From assembly GCA_963675915.1 (NCBI GenBank), contig OY780959.1, forward strand, positions 2,100,001 to 2,132,000: a stretch of DNA of 32,000 nucleotides, written 5' to 3'. How positions within the stretch are numbered: the first letter of the stretch is position 1; the number at the start of each line of letters is the position of its first letter. Below are positions 28,663-32,000 of the stretch, in pieces. The stretch is from Coprobacillaceae bacterium (GTDB taxonomy: Bacteria; Bacillota_I; Bacilli_A; Erysipelotrichales; Coprobacillaceae). The position numbers were made by a program, and so were the translations under genes. The notes under the pieces were generated by a model. That model was given only the letters and a program-made list of their open reading frames with translations. It was not told the DNA's origin and searched no databases.

Positions 28663-29979
28663 GTGGAGAAATTCTTCAAATTAAAAGAACGCGGTACTAA
28701 TGTCCGTAGAGAAATTATTGCCGGTTTGACAACGTTTTTAGCAATGGCTTATATCTTGGCGGTTAACCCATCAATGTTAGAAGCCGGAGGACTATCGTAT
28801 AATGGTGTGTTTCTAGCTACTGCCGTTTCTGCAGGTTTCGCATCAATTTTGATGGGAATTCTTGGTAATTATCCAGTTGCCTTGGCACCGGGAATGGGAG
28901 CGAATGCCCTGTTCACATATACAATCATTATGGGATATGGATTTTCACCAGCTGCTGCTTTGGCCGCAGTATTTGTAAGTGGTTGTATTTTCATCTTGAT
29001 TTCAGTTACCGGAATTCGTAACGCTGTAATCAATGCAATTCCTAACCCTTTGAAAATGGCTATCGGGGCCGGAATTGGATTCTTCATCGCATTCATCGGA
29101 TTGGTTAATGCTGGATTGATCGTGGCTGACCAAGCTACATATGTTGCGCTTGGAAATCTTAAAGATCCTGTAGTGTTACTTTCAGCATTTGGAATCATCG
29201 TCACTTTGATCTTGATGGCTAAAAAAGTTAACGGATCTGTGTTTATCGGATTGGTTATTACCGCAGCAGTGGGGGTTATTTTGGGATTGACAGGTATCGC
29301 TGGCATGCCAGTAGCGCCAACTCAATTCATTTCTTTCAATATCGACACTAGTCTTATCGGTCTTTGTTTCTCAGGATTTGGAGAATTATTCTCGAATCCA
29401 CATACACCGATTGCAGTATTTTCAATCTTATTCCTGGATTTCTTTGATACAACTGGGACATTAATTTCAATTGCTAACCGAATTGGTTTTGTCAATGACA
29501 AAGGTGAACTTTATAATATTGAAAAAGCATTATTATCTGACTCTGCTGGATCAGTATTCGGTGCTTTCATGGGAACTTCAACTGTAACATCATATGTTGA
29601 ATCAACTGCCGGTGTTGGAGCTGGTGGACGTACCGGTTTGACTGCAGTAGTAACCGGATTATTATTCTTCTTGTCAGTTATCTTTGCTCCGGTTTTATCA
29701 GTTTTCACTAGTGCTGTTACTGCACCTGCTTTAATTGTTGTCGGGGTATTGATGGTTGAACAGTTACGTGGAATCGACTGGGATGACTTCACGATTGCGG
29801 CTTCATCATTCTTCGTAGTTACATTCATGATCTTGAGTTATTCAATTTCAAACGGTATCGCTATCGGTTTTGTAGTTTACGCTTTAATGAAAATTGCAAC
29901 AGGTAAATGGAAAGAAGTATCACCGATCGTATGGTTATTGGTTTTGTTATTTATTTTCTATTTTGGATTTGCGCTGTAA
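28663..29979 (+). CDS. NCS2 family purine permease (guanine/hypoxanthine/adenine, AzgA/PbuG type)
   Basis: 438-aa ORF with a GTG start. The N-terminus FKLKERGTNVRREIIAGLTTFLAMAYILAVNP is characteristic of this subfamily. RBS GAGAGGA. Confidence 0.88.
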   Translation: MEKFFKLKERGTNVRREIIAGLTTFLAMAYILAVNPSMLEAGGLSYNGVFLATAVSAGFASILMGILGNYPVALAPGMGANALFTYTIIMGYGFSPAAALAAVFVSGCIFILISVTGIRNAVINAIPNPLKMAIGAGIGFFIAFIGLVNAGLIVADQATYVALGNLKDPVVLLSAFGIIVTLILMAKKVNGSVFIGLVITAAVGVILGLTGIAGMPVAPTQFISFNIDTSLIGLCFSGFGELFSNPHTPIAVFSILFLDFFDTTGTLISIANRIGFVNDKGELYNIEKALLSDSAGSVFGAFMGTSTVTSYVESTAGVGAGGRTGLTAVVTGLLFFLSVIFAPVLSVFTSAVTAPALIVVGVLMVEQLRGIDWDDFTIAASSFFVVTFMILSYSISNGIAIGFVVYALMKIATGKWKEVSPIVWLLVLLFIFYFGFAL

Positions 29980-30017
29980 TAAACAGTTTTCAAATAAAAT
30001 ATATGTTTATTGATATC

Positions 30018-30049
30018 AAAAGGATGAGCTCACACGGGCCATCCTTTTT
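30018..30049 (+). terminator. Intrinsic terminator after the permease gene
   Basis: AAAAGGATG ... CATCCTTTT stem with an internal G/C-rich loop, followed by a T-run. Confidence 0.65.
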
Positions 30050-30103
30050 GGTTATAGCCCTAAGAACAGGATTAAGTAAAAATAATCTAATAGCTGTCAA
30101 TGT

Positions 30104-30132
30104 TTGTGGGTGAACATTCTTTGTAGTATAAT
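30104..30132 (+). promoter_or_regulatory. Candidate promoter for the 37-aa peptide gene
   Basis: TTGTGG (30104..30109), 17-nt spacer, TATAAT (30127..30132). Confidence 0.5.
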
Positions 30133-30154
30133 CATAGTAGGAGATGAATAATAT

Positions 30155-30268
30155 ATGAAATTTGACAGAAAATTATTTTTAGCAATAGGAGCAGCTGTCA
30201 CCGCAGCTGTGGCTATGGTCACCGGAATTGCCTTGATTGTAAGAAAAAAATTCATGCGAAACAAATAG
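30155..30268 (+). CDS. Small single-pass membrane peptide, 37 aa
   Basis: Below the track size cutoff. ATG 30155 gives MKFDRKLFLAIGAAVTAAVAMVTGIALIVRKKFMRNK. AGGAG (30139..30143) lies 11 nt upstream. The layout is a basic N-terminus, a 23-residue hydrophobic core and a basic C-terminus. Confidence 0.45.
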   Translation: MKFDRKLFLAIGAAVTAAVAMVTGIALIVRKKFMRNK

Positions 30269-30509
30269 CCTAAATGACAATTTAGTCATTGTGCTTATTC
30301 AAGAAAAGGAACCTGAGTTATAAAACAGCAAAATAATATCAGCTGGGATTGGGTTCTTTTTTTCGTTCCTAGTGAATAAAAAGCTGCAATAAGAACAATT
30401 ATCGTTAGATTAATTGTCAAATGTTAATTAAAATTATTTTCTTGGTAATGAAAATGTTTACTTTAATATCCGGATAAATGGTATACTTTCAGGAAAAGGA
30501 AGTGATATA

Positions 30510-31214
30510 TTGAATAATTTTGTACAGTTCAAAGACGTCTCTAAAATATATAAGGTCGGGGACGTTACGATAAAGGCTTCAGACGGAGTGGATTTTACAA
30601 TCGACAAAGGTCAATTTGTAGTAATTGTAGGGCCATCTGGAGCAGGTAAGACCACAGTCCTAAATCTGCTGGGAGGAATGGATACAGCAACTTCGGGGGA
30701 AATAATTATTGATGACAAGGACATTGCCAAATACAATGCCCGTCAATTGACTAGATATCGCCGTGAGGATATTGGATTTGTTTTTCAATTCTATAATCTG
30801 ATTCAAAACTTGACTGCACTTGAAAATGTGGAATTGGCAAGTCAAATTTCAAAAAATCCACTGGATAGCAGAATGGTAATGGATCGGGTTGGTCTGAGGG
30901 ACCGAATGGAGAACTTTCCCTCACAACTTTCTGGAGGAGAACAACAGCGGGTTGCGATTGCCCGGGCTATTGCAAAAAATCCCAAGTTGCTTTTATGTGA
31001 TGAGCCGACGGGAGCACTTGATTATCAAACAGGTAAAGACATTCTCAAACTCCTCAAGGAGATGGCGACAAAATACAAGATGACAGTAATAGTAATAACT
31101 CATAACAGTGCCATTGCAGGGATGGCTGATATCGTGTTCCATCTTAAAAACGGAAAAGTCAATGACCAGTACTTTAATGAAAGTCCAATGAGCATTGATG
31201 ATATTGAGTGGTAG
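30510..31214 (+). CDS. ABC transporter ATP-binding protein (MacB/FtsE-like)
   Basis: 234-aa ORF with a TTG start, Walker [10 protein letters not shown], signature [14 protein letters not shown] and Walker B LLLCDEPT. An extended -10 TGgTATACT (30479..30487) lies upstream. Confidence 0.9.
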   Translation: MNNFVQFKDVSKIYKVGDVTIKASDGVDFTIDKGQFVVIVGPSGAGKTTVLNLLGGMDTATSGEIIIDDKDIAKYNARQLTRYRREDIGFVFQFYNLIQNLTALENVELASQISKNPLDSRMVMDRVGLRDRMENFPSQLSGGEQQRVAIARAIAKNPKLLLCDEPTGALDYQTGKDILKLLKEMATKYKMTVIVITHNSAIAGMADIVFHLKNGKVNDQYFNESPMSIDDIEW

Positions 31215-31216
31215 TT

Positions 31217-32000
31217 ATGAAAAATTTTAACAAGAATATTCTTCGTAATATCAAAAAAGATAAATCAAGATTCATTTCGATATTTCTGATCATCCTCTTG
31301 GGATCTTCAATTTTTGCGGGATTGCAGTCAACACCGATTATCATGAAAAAAAGCATGAATGATTATCTCGCCGAGCACAATTATTGGGATATATCAGTTG
31401 TGGGGACTTATGGCTTTGAACAGGAAGATCTGAGTCTGATTGAAAGCATTGAAAACGTTGAAGGAGTAACGGTTAAAAATCGCTTTGACGTCATGTATGA
31501 AAGTGAGTCCAAAACTCTGGGACTAACTGGATACGGATATGATGATTTCGACCAGACAAGCTATGACCTGCTCGCCGGTAATTTCCCGGGAAATAATCAG
31601 GAATGTGTGATTGATCGTTTTTTTACTGATAATGAAGGCCTTTCTATTGGTGATTGGGTAACCTTCGCAAATAATCAGGGTAAAAAGCAGTTTGAAATTG
31701 TCGGAATAGTTGACAGTGCCCAATATATTGCCAAGGATTACCGTGGAGTAAACAGTCTTGGTGATGGCAGCAACCATGGTTATTTTGGGATATTGAATTC
31801 CGGAAATGAAAACTGGATGTTGCCAGAAGAATTATACGATTTGGTGGGATCGGATATATTCAATGAAATCGATATCCGGATTTCCAACTCCAATATATTT
31901 ACCCCTGGATACGATGAAGATATTAATCAGGTGACAAGTGATTTGGAATCGGCTTTGGAAAACTTGTACCATGATAAGTATGATGAAATTCAAACTGATG
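31217..32000 (+). CDS. ABC transporter permease, FtsX/MacB-like; 5' part only, continues past the window edge
   Basis: Absent from the track because it leaves the window. ATG 31217 lies 2 nt after the ATPase stop and gives MKNFNKNILRNIKKDKSRFISIFLIILLGSSIFAGLQS... (TM1), followed by a large extracytoplasmic domain. The frame is open to the window end. Confidence 0.8.
   Translation, partial: MKNFNKNILRNIKKDKSRFISIFLIILLGSSIFAGLQSTPIIMKKSMNDYLAEHNYWDISVVGTYGFEQEDLSLIESIENVEGVTVKNRFDVMYESESKTLGLTGYGYDDFDQTSYDLLAGNFPGNNQECVIDRFFTDNEGLSIGDWVTFANNQGKKQFEIVGIVDSAQYIAKDYRGVNSLGDGSNHGYFGILNSGNENWMLPEELYDLVGSDIFNEIDIRISNSNIFTPGYDEDINQVTSDLESALENLYHDKYDEIQTD

Noticed and set aside
30269-30480. Convergent antisense RNA promoter that would make the 37-aa peptide a type I toxin-antitoxin locus
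   Set aside because: Minus-strand TTGACA at 30420..30415 has no acceptable -10 at 16-18 nt (the best is TGTTCT). No other credible promoter reads back toward the peptide gene.

Overview
Low-GC (about 35%) Bacillota-type chromosomal window centred on the replication origin. Every CDS from 1 to 22053 is on the minus strand: a metH-like pair, rsmI, a yabB-like tRNA methyltransferase, ricT, holB, tmk, recR, dnaX, tadA, SRP RNA, a GNAT gene, serS, an acyl-ACP thioesterase, an MFS transporter, a HAD hydrolase, gyrA, gyrB, recF, yaaA, dnaN and dnaA. From 22872 onward genes are on the plus strand (rpmH, rnpA, yidC, jag, mnmE, a small membrane protein, an MscS channel, a purine permease, a 37-aa membrane peptide, an ABC ATPase and an FtsX permease). 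The one exception is a head-on oxidoreductase at 24951..25913. The strand switch, the dnaA-dnaN pair, TTATNCACA boxes upstream of dnaA and an almost pure A/T block between dnaA and dnaN identify a bipartite oriC. Features not in the ORF track: rpmH; a short (about 85 nt) SRP RNA with the conserved GGAA tetraloop motif; two perfect parS palindromes, one inside the dnaX coding sequence; a 37-aa membrane peptide; two edge-truncated CDSs; and several intrinsic terminators and near-consensus promoters. I corrected several track starts that are upstream TTG/ATG extensions, using RBS position. I see no mobile element, CRISPR array, tRNA/rRNA, defence island or any other convincing multi-gene novel system; the window is mostly core housekeeping. 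The items most worth a second look are the repeat grammar of the roughly 800-bp dnaA-rpmH spacer, a (TAA)4 DnaA-trio-like tract next to the unwinding element, an 89-aa Lys/Arg/Asn-rich tail on RicT where yabA normally sits, two abutting perfect palindromes at 1230-1313, a GNAT gene starting 1 nt after serS, and small unannotated membrane peptides. Product calls rest on my recognition of motifs and synteny, not on database searches. Taxon is a guess: the short SRP RNA and the missing yabA, ybaB and remB fit an Erysipelotrichia, Lactobacillales or Mollicutes-related lineage using the standard genetic code.
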